Virus record (IMG/VR): IMGVR_UViG_3300047496_000204 | Span: 10,764 to 74,763 of that record | Length of the DNA stretch: 64,000 bases | Direction: 5' to 3' (one strand) | Source: a virus | In this document: positions 1-9,065 of the stretch, piece by piece | Layout of the letters: every line of letters begins with the position of its first letter | Position numbering within the stretch: the stretch's first letter is position 1 | The notes under the pieces: model-generated | The model's database searches: none | The model's input: the letters and a program-made list of their open reading frames with translations, nothing else | What the model was told of the DNA's origin: nothing | Made by a program: the position numbers and the translations under genes

Positions 1-288
1 ATATTACAGGTTGGAGAATTGCTTTCTTCGTTGGGGATAAAATGGCGAATTAGCGGTAAAGTAATTAAAGATAGCATCTATTATACTTTACGATTTTCTA
101 CAAGTATTCCAGTTTTTAAATTGGAACGTAAAAGGAAAAAGCAAGGGAAATGCCTAAATCACCCTAAAAATTCGCGCTTCTATGTGAAATCTATTACTGA
201 AGTGGAAAGCGTTCCGGTTAAATGCATTCAAGTAGATAATGAAAGTCATATGTTTTTATGTAGTAAAACTATGATACCGACGCATAAT
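1..288 (+). mobile_element. C-terminal part of an intein in TerL, with the tail of a probable LAGLIDADG domain
   Basis: Block F/G-like VKCIQVDNESHMFLCSKTMIPTHN followed by Thr(+1); insertion point precedes TTT of the Walker A region. Confidence 0.9.
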
Positions 289-1638
289 ACTACTACGGCA
301 GCGGCTTATCTTTTATGGAGAGCCCTTTTTATTCCATCTACGACTATTTTGATTTGTGGTTTGACGTTTGCTGGTGCTTTAGAAATTATGGATCGTATTC
401 GTTTTGGATACGAAAATTTACCAGATCATATTAGAGATGAGGTTCCGGAATACAATAAAGGAACCATAAAATTTAAGAATGGTTCTAAAATTGTTTCAAG
501 AGCAACTACTCCAAACTCAGGTCGTGGTCTATCTATAACATTACTATATGTAGACGAATTCGCTGCATTGTCACCTCAATTGGCTAATCAATTTTGGTCT
601 GCTATTTCTCCTACACTTTCCACTGGTGGATCATGTATTATTACATCGACTCCACAAGATAGTGAAGATTTATTTTCTCAGATTTATCGAGGATCGGTTG
701 ATGTTACGGATGAGTTTGGAAATCCGAGACCTGATGGCGTAGGTAAAAATGGTTTCTTTGGAATGACTTTTCCTTGGCAAGTTCATCCAGATAGAGATGA
801 ACAATGGGCTAAGGAATGGAGAGATAAACTAGGAGAAGCTAAATTTAGACAGGAAATGAGTTGTGAATTCATTTCAGATTCGGAAACTCTTATAAATGCG
901 TTGACACTTTCACATATGAAAGGCATTACTCCAGAATTTTATACTGATACTGTTCGGTGGTATAAGGACCCATCTGCTAACAAATCTTATGTGATTGGTT
1001 TAGACCCATCTTTGGGCACTGGTGGCGACTATGCAGCGATTCAGGTTTTCGAACTTCCAGAAATGATTCAAATTGCAGAATGGCAGCATAATAATACTGA
1101 TCCTCGCGGTCAAGTTCGGCAACTTATGCGAATACTTCTTTTCATAGATCAAACTTTAAGGGATAGTCATAGGCAAGCGGGTGATCCTGAAATCTTCTGG
1201 ACGGTCGAAAATAACACCATTGGGGAAGCAATTCTTCTAATTATCGAAGATACCGGAGAAGAACGATTTCCAGGTATTTTTATTAGCGAGAAGAAACGAA
1301 AGGGTCAAACCCGTCGTTTTCGAAAAGGAATGAATACAGACAATAAGAAAAAACTTTCAGCATGTGCAAGAGCTAAAAGTTTGATAGAATCTGGAAGAAT
1401 GCTGGTTAATAGTGATCAATTAGTCAAAGAGCTAAAGACGTTCGTGGCTGCGGGGAGCACCTACAAAGCTAAACCGGGAACACATGATGACTTGGTATCA
1501 GCAATGTTGTTGAATGTTCGAATGCTTGATGTGGTTTTGAATTGGTCAGCAAATGCTCCTATAGAATTGCGTGAATATATCAATGAAGACGAATTATATG
1601 GCAATGGTAGCGATGAACCTATGCCAATTACATTTTGA
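1..1638 (+). CDS. terL: Terminase large subunit (T4 gp17-like), 5'-partial, intein-containing
   Basis: Frame open from base 1. After the intein end: TTTAAAYLLW, GRGLSITLLYVDEFA (Walker B), IITSTP, FRQEMSCEF, GLDPSLGTGGDY (RNase H-like nuclease) and HDDLVSA. Confidence 0.95.
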   Translation: MLQVGELLSSLGIKWRISGKVIKDSIYYTLRFSTSIPVFKLERKRKKQGKCLNHPKNSRFYVKSITEVESVPVKCIQVDNESHMFLCSKTMIPTHNTTTAAAYLLWRALFIPSTTILICGLTFAGALEIMDRIRFGYENLPDHIRDEVPEYNKGTIKFKNGSKIVSRATTPNSGRGLSITLLYVDEFAALSPQLANQFWSAISPTLSTGGSCIITSTPQDSEDLFSQIYRGSVDVTDEFGNPRPDGVGKNGFFGMTFPWQVHPDRDEQWAKEWRDKLGEAKFRQEMSCEFISDSETLINALTLSHMKGITPEFYTDTVRWYKDPSANKSYVIGLDPSLGTGGDYAAIQVFELPEMIQIAEWQHNNTDPRGQVRQLMRILLFIDQTLRDSHRQAGDPEIFWTVENNTIGEAILLIIEDTGEERFPGIFISEKKRKGQTRRFRKGMNTDNKKKLSACARAKSLIESGRMLVNSDQLVKELKTFVAAGSTYKAKPGTHDDLVSAMLLNVRMLDVVLNWSANAPIELREYINEDELYGNGSDEPMPITF

Positions 1639-2998
1639 TATCTTGATTTTTCATACGGTTTTCTAACGCTCTCTCCCAATTATAATCTAACGGGCCGCCC
1701 CTAGCTTTAATAAATTTACTCAAAGTTTCTTCATCGGCCTTGTTTATAATTTCTTGTTTTTGTTCATATGTAAAAGGAATACGAATAACATAATTATAAA
1801 ATTGCGAATGATCGTCGAGAAACCCTTTAATATTATAAAAATTCTTCGTTAAATAGTCTAAAATTTTTGGAGTAAAATATTTATTCGTGAAACTTATTAA
1901 ATGAAATATCATCAGATAATTTTCTTTAATTAAATCCAATATTTGGTCTTCATTAAGAGGAATGATATTTAGTAAATTAGGAACCTCGCTAATCCAATAT
2001 TTATATTTCAGGTTAAATGCATGTTTTACATAATCTGGAAGTTTATCCCATTCTAAAAGTCTTAATGCGTATCTAGGTATAGTTTGCATGATAAATTTTA
2101 TTTGAAAGAAATCTAATTTTCCAGCATATAGATATTTTAAAAATAATTTTGGATTTTCAATGCATATTTGACTAATAGTTCTAGGGTTTTCTGGTTTTAT
2201 ATTTCGAATAGTTTCTACAACTTTAAATGCTTTTATGGAAAAGAATACTGCTTGAGTGGGTTCATTATGATGAATAATTCCAGCCCCATTATCCACAGCC
2301 CCTTGATAACCTAATATTCTGAAAATTTTATTCCATGTAGAAACAGCATTCTCATCTATATCAGTATGTAATTTAATAGTATTAGCTAATACTCTAGTGA
2401 TATTCCATATATATCCACCGGGACTTTTTACTATTGCTTCACGTATGGCATAATCAATAGTTGCTCTCGGGTCGTTAAAACGAGTTATTTGTTTTGTCTT
2501 ATTATAATAATCTTGATCTTTGTAAGCTTTGAGCTTAGGTGGTATAAATTGTGGATTTTCTTTTTTGAAATCTTCCATATATTCTACCAAACTTTCTATA
2601 TCTTGATCTAAATGATTGTTGGTATATGAATCCAGCATTAATATATTGTCAGTTGGCACTGCTAGTGAAAGAATGTGAATAAAAGGTTGATTTCCGGCAA
2701 AAGGTACTTTTCCGTGTAATTCTAAAACATAATCTATAGGGTAAGTATAAATTCCTATAGGAGTTTCATAATAAGTAGATTTTGGATTGACACCTATTTT
2801 ATGTCCAGAAACATTTGCTGTTAATAACGAATCGGGTTTCATATGGGATTCTATCCCAACATCTGCTGTAAATGAAACGAATATATCTGATTGTCCTTCA
2901 TATTTCTTCAATTCTTCGAGAAAAGATTTTTTGAAATTTACCTTATGATTGCGACGCAATTCAAATAATTTGTTTTCGAATAAATCTTGCAAAATCAT
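1628..2998 (-). CDS. Hypothetical late protein, possibly virion-internal
   Basis: 456-aa ORF, GATAAATA at 3007-3014, N-terminus MILQDLFE; GIYTYP and LGYQGAVDNGAGIIHHNEPTQAVF motifs of unassigned function. Confidence 0.7.
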   Translation of the reverse strand: MILQDLFENKLFELRRNHKVNFKKSFLEELKKYEGQSDIFVSFTADVGIESHMKPDSLLTANVSGHKIGVNPKSTYYETPIGIYTYPIDYVLELHGKVPFAGNQPFIHILSLAVPTDNILMLDSYTNNHLDQDIESLVEYMEDFKKENPQFIPPKLKAYKDQDYYNKTKQITRFNDPRATIDYAIREAIVKSPGGYIWNITRVLANTIKLHTDIDENAVSTWNKIFRILGYQGAVDNGAGIIHHNEPTQAVFFSIKAFKVVETIRNIKPENPRTISQICIENPKLFLKYLYAGKLDFFQIKFIMQTIPRYALRLLEWDKLPDYVKHAFNLKYKYWISEVPNLLNIIPLNEDQILDLIKENYLMIFHLISFTNKYFTPKILDYLTKNFYNIKGFLDDHSQFYNYVIRIPFTYEQKQEIINKADEETLSKFIKARGGPLDYNWERALENRMKNQDIKM

Positions 2999-3066
2999 GA
3001 TGTTGTTATTTATCTGTTGACAAAAAATATTTTGTGATTAATACAGATTATAAAGGAGATATTTTT

Positions 3067-3393
3067 ATGAGAAGCACAAAGACAGAGAGAACCATTAGAG
3101 CAGCTATTGGTGATCCTGGTTTTGAATATTATGTTCGAAAATGGAAAGATGGTAGTATTTGGGTTGGAGCACAATATTTTGCTTCCCAAAAACGAACTGA
3201 AATTCTTTTTGAAATTTTGAAAAATCTTGGCTATTCTCCAAAGATGGAAGGGCAGATTGGCACGGTTGGCCAATACATATTAAAAATTGAAAGCGAACAA
3301 AATGGAAAAAACATTTCTAACAGCGGCCGAAACAAAGATCGTCATGGACGCTTTACAGGACAAACTGTCAACAACCTTGAAAGCATGGAATAA
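3067..3393 (+). CDS. Hypothetical protein
   Basis: AAAGGAG SD, upstream TTGACA; 3' end overlaps the next ORF. Confidence 0.5.
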   Translation: MRSTKTERTIRAAIGDPGFEYYVRKWKDGSIWVGAQYFASQKRTEILFEILKNLGYSPKMEGQIGTVGQYILKIESEQNGKNISNSGRNKDRHGRFTGQTVNNLESME

Positions 3394-3547
3394 TTTAAAG
3401 ACTACAAACCCTTCAATGGCAAACAATTTTGCTAATTCCCATGCGAAAATAACCGCATTGATGGAAAAGTTAATGAAGTCAAAAATTAGAAAAGATGTCC
3501 AAGAAATTAAGGAAGAAAAATCCAGATTCTTTAATAATATTCCTTGA
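3302..3547 (+). CDS. Hypothetical protein
   Basis: ORF only. Confidence 0.4.
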   Translation: MEKTFLTAAETKIVMDALQDKLSTTLKAWNNLKTTNPSMANNFANSHAKITALMEKLMKSKIRKDVQEIKEEKSRFFNNIP

Positions 3548-3607
3548 CCATTCTTAGAAATATGATATCTTACATTTATCGGATCACACAACACGGAGAT
3601 AAAAATC

Positions 3608-4282
3608 ATGGGAATGTTCGACCGCGCCAAGCCCGCCCCGAAGCCCGCCGCCAAGGGTAAGAAGAAAAAGGAAATCAAGATTTCGGGCCTCCTGGCCGTC
3701 GCCGCTTTCGATGCCGTCATCAAGTCGATGACCGCGATCAAGGAAACCATGGCGGCGACTATTAAGGAAGGTCCGATGACGGACCATTTCGTCGCCCAAG
3801 GTATGCTTCTGAAGCGCACGCCGGAATCCTTCACTGGAGTTGAAGGCAACGCGAAGGCTTCGTGCGAACTTCGCAAGCGTTCTACTTCTTCGGTTCTTTC
3901 TCCGGAAGAAGTCGAAACTCTGGAAGCCAAGGGTATTCCGGTTGAAACCATCGTCACTACCGTTGAGACCTATCGTTTCAACGAAAAGCATTTGGCCGAT
4001 CCGCTTCTGATGGCCAAGATCGAAAAGGCTTTGAGTGGCATCAAAGGTCTTCCTGAAGACCTTCTCTTCTTCCAAGAAGGGGTCTCCAAGCAGGTCGTCG
4101 CTGACGATGCCATCGATACGCTCTTCCGCGATATTACCGACGAAGATACGGTTCGCGAAATTCTTCCGCTGATTACCGTCCAGGCTATCAAGCCGACGAT
4201 GGTTACGGACGATTCTACCGCCGCCTTCTCCATCGTGAACGAAATCATGAACCCGCCGAAGAAGGAAAAGACGGCCAAGTAA
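3608..4282 (+). CDS. Hypothetical early protein with GC-rich codon usage
   Basis: GGAG SD, TTGACC promoter-like sequence at about 3544, 224-aa ORF. Confidence 0.8.
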   Translation: MGMFDRAKPAPKPAAKGKKKKEIKISGLLAVAAFDAVIKSMTAIKETMAATIKEGPMTDHFVAQGMLLKRTPESFTGVEGNAKASCELRKRSTSSVLSPEEVETLEAKGIPVETIVTTVETYRFNEKHLADPLLMAKIEKALSGIKGLPEDLLFFQEGVSKQVVADDAIDTLFRDITDEDTVREILPLITVQAIKPTMVTDDSTAAFSIVNEIMNPPKKEKTAK

Positions 4283-4366
4283 GAGAGATTGTCCAGAGAG
4301 CTAATCAGCAAAATCAGCAATATTGTATAATAAGATTTCGGCTGATAGTTTCTCTGGACAAAAGGA

Positions 4367-4540
4367 GTTGGGGTAGCTTAATTTGCGGACAAAGTAGCGG
4401 TAGGCATATCGTGAAACGATACGCAAGGCGTAATTACAAATGTATTAAGTTGCCATGGTAAGGCTCAATTATTTTGTGATTATGGACTAAAGCAATCGGT
4501 TTCTAAGCCGACTGATGTAGGTGAAGCCCTACTCCCGATA
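4367..4540 (+). ncRNA. tRNA-like element (Arg-TCT-like arm) with an approximately 100-nt D-loop insertion
   Basis: GTTGGGG/TCCCGAT acceptor, GCTT/AAGC D-stem, TCGG-TTTCTAAG-CCGA arm, GTAGG-TGAAGC-CCTAC T-arm-like hairpin. Confidence 0.45.
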
Positions 4541-4584
4541 GGATTTCTGTGTTGACCAGATCGCCCAGGGCATCAGCACAGATA

Positions 4585-4618
4585 GAGAGTGGGACACAAC
4601 CGGTTGTGTCCCACTCTC
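4585..4618. repeat. Perfect 34-bp palindrome, possibly a terminator
   Basis: GAGAGTGGGACACAACC followed directly by its reverse complement. Confidence 0.9.
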
Positions 4619-4694
4619 GTTATATTGTTTTGGGTTGACAATATAATAAAAATCTATATATTAGATTTATAGATTAATTGGAAAGGCACAAATA

Positions 4695-5318
4695 ATGCGT
4701 TATGACGATTTCGCCTATCTTTGGCCTCCGCGCCCCGATAAAGCAATTTCTAAATCTCTTCTACCCTACTACGAAAATCTTGGTTGGGTAGCTCAAGTTA
4801 AACTCAATGGCACAGCAAATGTTATGGCGGTGTCACCAGATCGCATCATCAAGGCGATGACTCGCCATAATGATGACCACAAGATGTGGGCGCCATCCGC
4901 CAAGACTGCCAAAATTTTTCAAAGTCTTCCCGGTAAGGGTTGGTATGTGTTCATTTCTGAACTGATGCATTCCAAAGTTCCTGGTATTCGCGATATCAAC
5001 TATATTCATGACGTGGTTGTGGCCGATGGTGAACAACTTGTTGGCTCCACATTTGCTGATCGCCAGAAGCTTTTGGAAAATTTGTTTAAGCCAAACACCG
5101 CTCGCCCGATCAGCCACTATATTCTTGACGAACACACTTGGCTTGCTAAGAATCATACAGAAGACTTTGATGATCTGTTTGAAGCTTTGGATAGGCCGGA
5201 ATATGAAGGGCTTGTCCTGAAGCGTCCTGACGCCAAGCTGGCTCCTTGCACGCGGCAAACGGCGAATTATTCTTGGCAAATCAAGATTCGCCGTCCCCAT
5301 AAGAACTTCAATTTCTAA
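4695..5318 (+). CDS. ATP-dependent ligase/capping-type nucleotidyltransferase domain, no OB domain evident
   Basis: QVKLNG (motif I), FISEL (III), YIHDV (IIIa), EGLVLK (IV), WQIKIR (V); only 207 aa. Confidence 0.75.
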   Translation: MRYDDFAYLWPPRPDKAISKSLLPYYENLGWVAQVKLNGTANVMAVSPDRIIKAMTRHNDDHKMWAPSAKTAKIFQSLPGKGWYVFISELMHSKVPGIRDINYIHDVVVADGEQLVGSTFADRQKLLENLFKPNTARPISHYILDEHTWLAKNHTEDFDDLFEALDRPEYEGLVLKRPDAKLAPCTRQTANYSWQIKIRRPHKNFNF

Positions 5319-5407
5319 TGTTTATTTTTCACATAATATTAATAGAAAAACGATTTGACGGCAAATAAAAATTCTGTTAAAACCCTTATCTAAATCGGAG
5401 AATATAA

Positions 5408-5548
5408 ATGACAAAGAATGAAGCTATCAAGTTACTGGAATCTGGCAAGGAACTTACCGTTGATGAACGGGAAGAAATTGTTCGTGCCATACGAGATAAT
5501 GTCCCAAGTTATGATTCTGAATGGGAATCCAGTGAAAAATGCTGGTAA
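5408..5548 (+). CDS. Small acidic protein (46 aa, ends SYDSEWESSEKCW)
   Basis: GGAG SD, upstream TTGACG promoter-like sequence, overlaps start of next ORF; translated by hand. Confidence 0.6.
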   Translation: MTKNEAIKLLESGKELTVDEREEIVRAIRDNVPSYDSEWESSEKCW

Positions 5549-6447
5549 TAGGCTCCAAAGCTTTAGCGCATAATGGTCTTGAAACTGGTCGTAAGATCAG
5601 GGATATCGATCTTATTGCTTCACCGCAAGAAGTCGATCTCATTTTGGCTAACTATGGGTCAAAAGTAATTGATTGCTCTGATACAAAAAAGGGCAAGTTG
5701 CTTTTGATCCAAGGTTTCTCGCCTATTGAAATTGAATTTGCCATTGGTGATAATCTAGGGGCTCGCTTGCAAGATTATGCAAATGGGCTCTACCTAGACA
5801 CTAGCGAGGTTCTTGGCCTCAGAGGGCTTGTAGCCTCACCAGAAATATGTCTGACTTTGAAGCTCTCTCATCGTTATCTGAAAAATTCACCACATTTTCT
5901 CAAAACGATGAGTGATATAACGTTGTTGCGTTCGCTTGGTTATTCAGTTCCTAAGGAATTGAAATCATGGCTAAAAGATCGAGAAACTGCGACTTATGAC
6001 TATTCGCATCCCAATCTCAAGCAGGGTAAGACAGATTTTTTCACAGACAATGTGAAATATGTATATTGTCATGATGATATTCATCGTATTATTGCGATAG
6101 AAAAAACGCCAGCATATACTAAATTTCAAGTAGATGGCGAAGATGTGCAAAGTTCAAAGAAGAAGTTTTTTAAATTGGATGAAAGAACAAGACTTCTTGC
6201 GGTATTAGAAGAAAGTCTAGTATTATCTGTAGAAAGATCACAGATTCCTCACCCCGAAACACATCCAGATAGAAGTTTCGCTATTGCAATTAAAAAATTG
6301 TCTACCTCGATTAGTTCAGGTTGGTTTAGAGAATTTGCTTGGGAAAATTATAACATTGTAATGCGAATGTATAACGAAATCGGAATTGGTTATATGGAAA
6401 AAATAAACAACGCAATTAAAAATAATGAGTTAAAGTCTTTTCAATAA
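5539..6447 (+). CDS. Pol-beta-like nucleotidyltransferase-fold protein
   Basis: N-terminal VIGS...DIDL motif. Confidence 0.6.
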   Translation: MLVIGSKALAHNGLETGRKIRDIDLIASPQEVDLILANYGSKVIDCSDTKKGKLLLIQGFSPIEIEFAIGDNLGARLQDYANGLYLDTSEVLGLRGLVASPEICLTLKLSHRYLKNSPHFLKTMSDITLLRSLGYSVPKELKSWLKDRETATYDYSHPNLKQGKTDFFTDNVKYVYCHDDIHRIIAIEKTPAYTKFQVDGEDVQSSKKKFFKLDERTRLLAVLEESLVLSVERSQIPHPETHPDRSFAIAIKKLSTSISSGWFREFAWENYNIVMRMYNEIGIGYMEKINNAIKNNELKSFQ

Positions 6448-6685
6448 AGAAAGACCTTTACGTGATTTTACTTCACCACAAGAAATTTTTCTAATAGTTG
6501 ATAACAACATATTATTTTTTTAGAAAAATTAATCTGATCGTTAACATAAAATTCTTTTGGATATAAAACGAGTTAAAATACCTTTTTTATTGGCCTATTA
6601 GGAAAGCATTTGATATAGGATATGTAGATCGATTTCACGCGGCAAATGCGGCGGGAATTTTGAAACCTTGGAAGGCTTGAGAAAA

Positions 6686-7033
6686 ATGCCAATCGAAGAA
6701 GAAATGTCAACCAAAAGAGAGATTCTCCAAATGTTGGTTGAGGCGTTAAGAAAAGGTATTTTATCACCAGAAATTTCTATTGAACGTGGCCATATTTACC
6801 ACGCTGATAATCAAATCCTGGAAGAAGATGAAGATGAAATACCCGGCCTTTTTTCTATTGGTACAGATCGTGATGCATTTTATAGGCCATTACTCAATCT
6901 TGATATATCTGCGGAATACATTTATTCTTGGATTGAAGAAAAGAAAAATAAAATTAGGGCTGAAATTGGTAATGAAATTGGGAACGCGTTGTTATCTTCT
7001 CTTAAAGAAGATCGATCTTTCCCCTCGTGTTGA
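6686..7033 (+). CDS. Hypothetical protein
   Basis: ORF only. Confidence 0.55.
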   Translation: MPIEEEMSTKREILQMLVEALRKGILSPEISIERGHIYHADNQILEEDEDEIPGLFSIGTDRDAFYRPLLNLDISAEYIYSWIEEKKNKIRAEIGNEIGNALLSSLKEDRSFPSC

Positions 7034-7056
7034 ATTTGATTGAAGGGATTTAAAAA

Positions 7057-7278
7057 ATGGCAGAAGAAGGCGAGATGGAATATAAGCTGATAGATGCTAT
7101 GTGGCAAATTTTAGATGACATGGGTAAAACTGGAACATCCGTTTGCTTAGCCACAAAGGCTCAAGCTAGAATTGCGTTCGAACCTTTCTATCAACAGTTA
7201 GACGAAATTCATACAGATTTGTATGATGATTGGATGAGTCTAGAAGAAGCCCAAGCTATCATCAGCCAATTAGATTGA
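7057..7278 (+). CDS. Hypothetical protein
   Basis: ORF, followed by a hairpin (TTCTCGGCTCAGT...ACTGAGCCGAGAA). Confidence 0.55.
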   Translation: MAEEGEMEYKLIDAMWQILDDMGKTGTSVCLATKAQARIAFEPFYQQLDEIHTDLYDDWMSLEEAQAIISQLD

Positions 7279-7339
7279 ACTCTTCTCGGCTCAGTAAAAT
7301 TCGCGAACTGAGCCGAGAAATTATTCCGTCATGAACCCA

Positions 7340-8125
7340 CTAAACTTTAAGAATTATATCCGCATTCGAAAATAGGACTTCAGTCCGGTTGGCGACCTGA
7401 CTAAATGGTGGCCATTGCATTTCAGCAATTCGTGATCGAAGAACCTTAAAAGGAAGTCCAGGCCCGAATTCGGTATCTTCGCTTGGAATTTCTTTTTCCT
7501 CAACAATTCTCTTAAGAAAAGTGCCGTTTCGAAAAGCTTGCGGGAAGGCATCGAAATCCACGCCAGCACCCTTTAGCATTTCCAGCATTTCGAGACGATT
7601 TTTACCATGCATTTTCTTGGCTGAAAAATGCGCTCTTGTAGCCATGCTGACAGAGTTCTTTTGACAATCAACCGTTCTCCATAACAACGCATTAGTTGCT
7701 TCTATTTTATTAGGAACTTGGAAGACACGAGCATCAAAATGCGGATAGCGATCTTCATAAGGTTGCCATCCACGAATCTGCCGATTAAATGCAGCAGTAG
7801 CTATGCCAGATAAGACGCTTGTCATTTTAGTTATTTTGTAATCAAAGAATATACTTTTTGTATATTCATCTGAATTCCATATAAGAGTTATCTCGTCACT
7901 TTGACAATATCCAATCAAAGCATGCGTCTCCTTGACTAGATAGCGAGTAGTTTCAATCATGGCGTTAGTCATTTGAGGATCGAAAGGCCGCTGCATGCCT
8001 TTAGTGAATTTCGAAAAACCTCGTCCATCAAGACGCGCAATCGTAGGAAGCATAGGAAGAAATTTTCTGCCGGTTTCGAACGATTCAAAAAATTTCATTC
8101 TGTCGCCAAAATCATCGTTTTTCAT
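7340..8125 (-). CDS. thg1: tRNA-His guanylyltransferase (Thg1-like)
   Basis: ARLDGRGFSKFT, GYCQSDEITL and FDARVF motifs; start may be 8125 or 8173. Confidence 0.92.
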   Translation of the reverse strand: MKNDDFGDRMKFFESFETGRKFLPMLPTIARLDGRGFSKFTKGMQRPFDPQMTNAMIETTRYLVKETHALIGYCQSDEITLIWNSDEYTKSIFFDYKITKMTSVLSGIATAAFNRQIRGWQPYEDRYPHFDARVFQVPNKIEATNALLWRTVDCQKNSVSMATRAHFSAKKMHGKNRLEMLEMLKGAGVDFDAFPQAFRNGTFLKRIVEEKEIPSEDTEFGPGLPFKVLRSRIAEMQWPPFSQVANRTEVLFSNADIILKV

Positions 8126-8189
8126 AAACAAATAATTATCATAAATAGAATCGCCCGTCAATAAGGATTTCATCTGACTAAATAGGTAT

Positions 8190-8443
8190 ATGAAACATTA
8201 TATTTACCGAAGAAAAATATTCGTGCCAAAGTAATTGAAATTTATGATAAAGAGGGAAAATTAAAATTCAGATGTGATGGTATATTTAAAAAAACATGTA
8301 AAGATAATAATCTACCATTCACAGCGTTAAGAAACTCTTACACTAATAATGGTCATAATATATTTCAACGGAAAAAAGACATTACAATCGCATACAAATT
8401 AGGAAAAGAAGAATATATAGGCTGGTGTGCTAAAGTTATTTGA
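8190..8443 (+). pseudogene. Remnant of a GIY-YIG-type homing endonuclease (internal deletion and frameshift)
   Basis: ACTAAATA box, MKHYIY start, stop after 14 codons, second frame continues NIRAKVIEIYDKEG...GWCAKVI. Confidence 0.5.
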
Positions 8444-9065
8444 ATTCTTTTAAATCGATCCCATGAGTATCCATCCACCATTCAGAAGATTTTTCTGAAT
8501 GTTTTGGCCACAATCGTTTAAAATTTCTCTTGAGCCGTTCTTGTCGTTCAAGTTCTTTGATGAAAACGGGATGATCTATTTGACCATTTCTATTAACCAA
8601 TTCTCGAAGCAGTTTCTTCAAGACATAGCCTTGACCTTTATGCCCAGGCGTAAAGCCGCTATGAATAATTTTCATAATTCCTTGTTGCAATACTTCGATT
8701 TCGGATAAAGCTGGTTCGCCAAGGAAGATGAGAAGACGATCAAGACCAAAACCAACATCAATACAGTCGCCATTCGTATTGACGATGTTGCCGATTTCGA
8801 TTCCATCTTTATAGAATTCTGTGCAATATCCGCCAATATCGCCATCCGACCAAATACATTCTGGGTCGAGTGTGATTAGAACATTTCGATTTTCATAAAA
8901 AGATTTCCATTCTTTGAAACCTTTCGAAAAACCTTTTTCCTCGTAATAATCTATTTCGAACCTAGTGGCAACCATTCGAATAGTTCCACGTATAAGAGCC
9001 CCGACCGTAGCAGTAAGTTTGGATTCGTCTTGTCTACAATCGGAAAAAGCGATGGAACGGTTCAT
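8436..9065 (-). CDS. Truncated alanyl-tRNA-synthetase-like catalytic fragment
   Basis: WSDGDIGGYCTEF, EIGNIV, IDVGFGLDRL and GQGYVLKKLLR resemble AlaRS GPCxEI, LEIWNLVF, IDTGMGLERL and GRGYVLRRILR. Confidence 0.75.
   Translation of the reverse strand: MNRSIAFSDCRQDESKLTATVGALIRGTIRMVATRFEIDYYEEKGFSKGFKEWKSFYENRNVLITLDPECIWSDGDIGGYCTEFYKDGIEIGNIVNTNGDCIDVGFGLDRLLIFLGEPALSEIEVLQQGIMKIIHSGFTPGHKGQGYVLKKLLRELVNRNGQIDHPVFIKELERQERLKRNFKRLWPKHSEKSSEWWMDTHGIDLKEFK

Noticed and set aside
3280-4320. Long antisense ORFs opposite 3608..4282 (similarly opposite 18851..19738 and 61299..61907)
   Set aside because: Shadow ORFs caused by GC-rich codon bias of the sense gene; no SD or promoter support.
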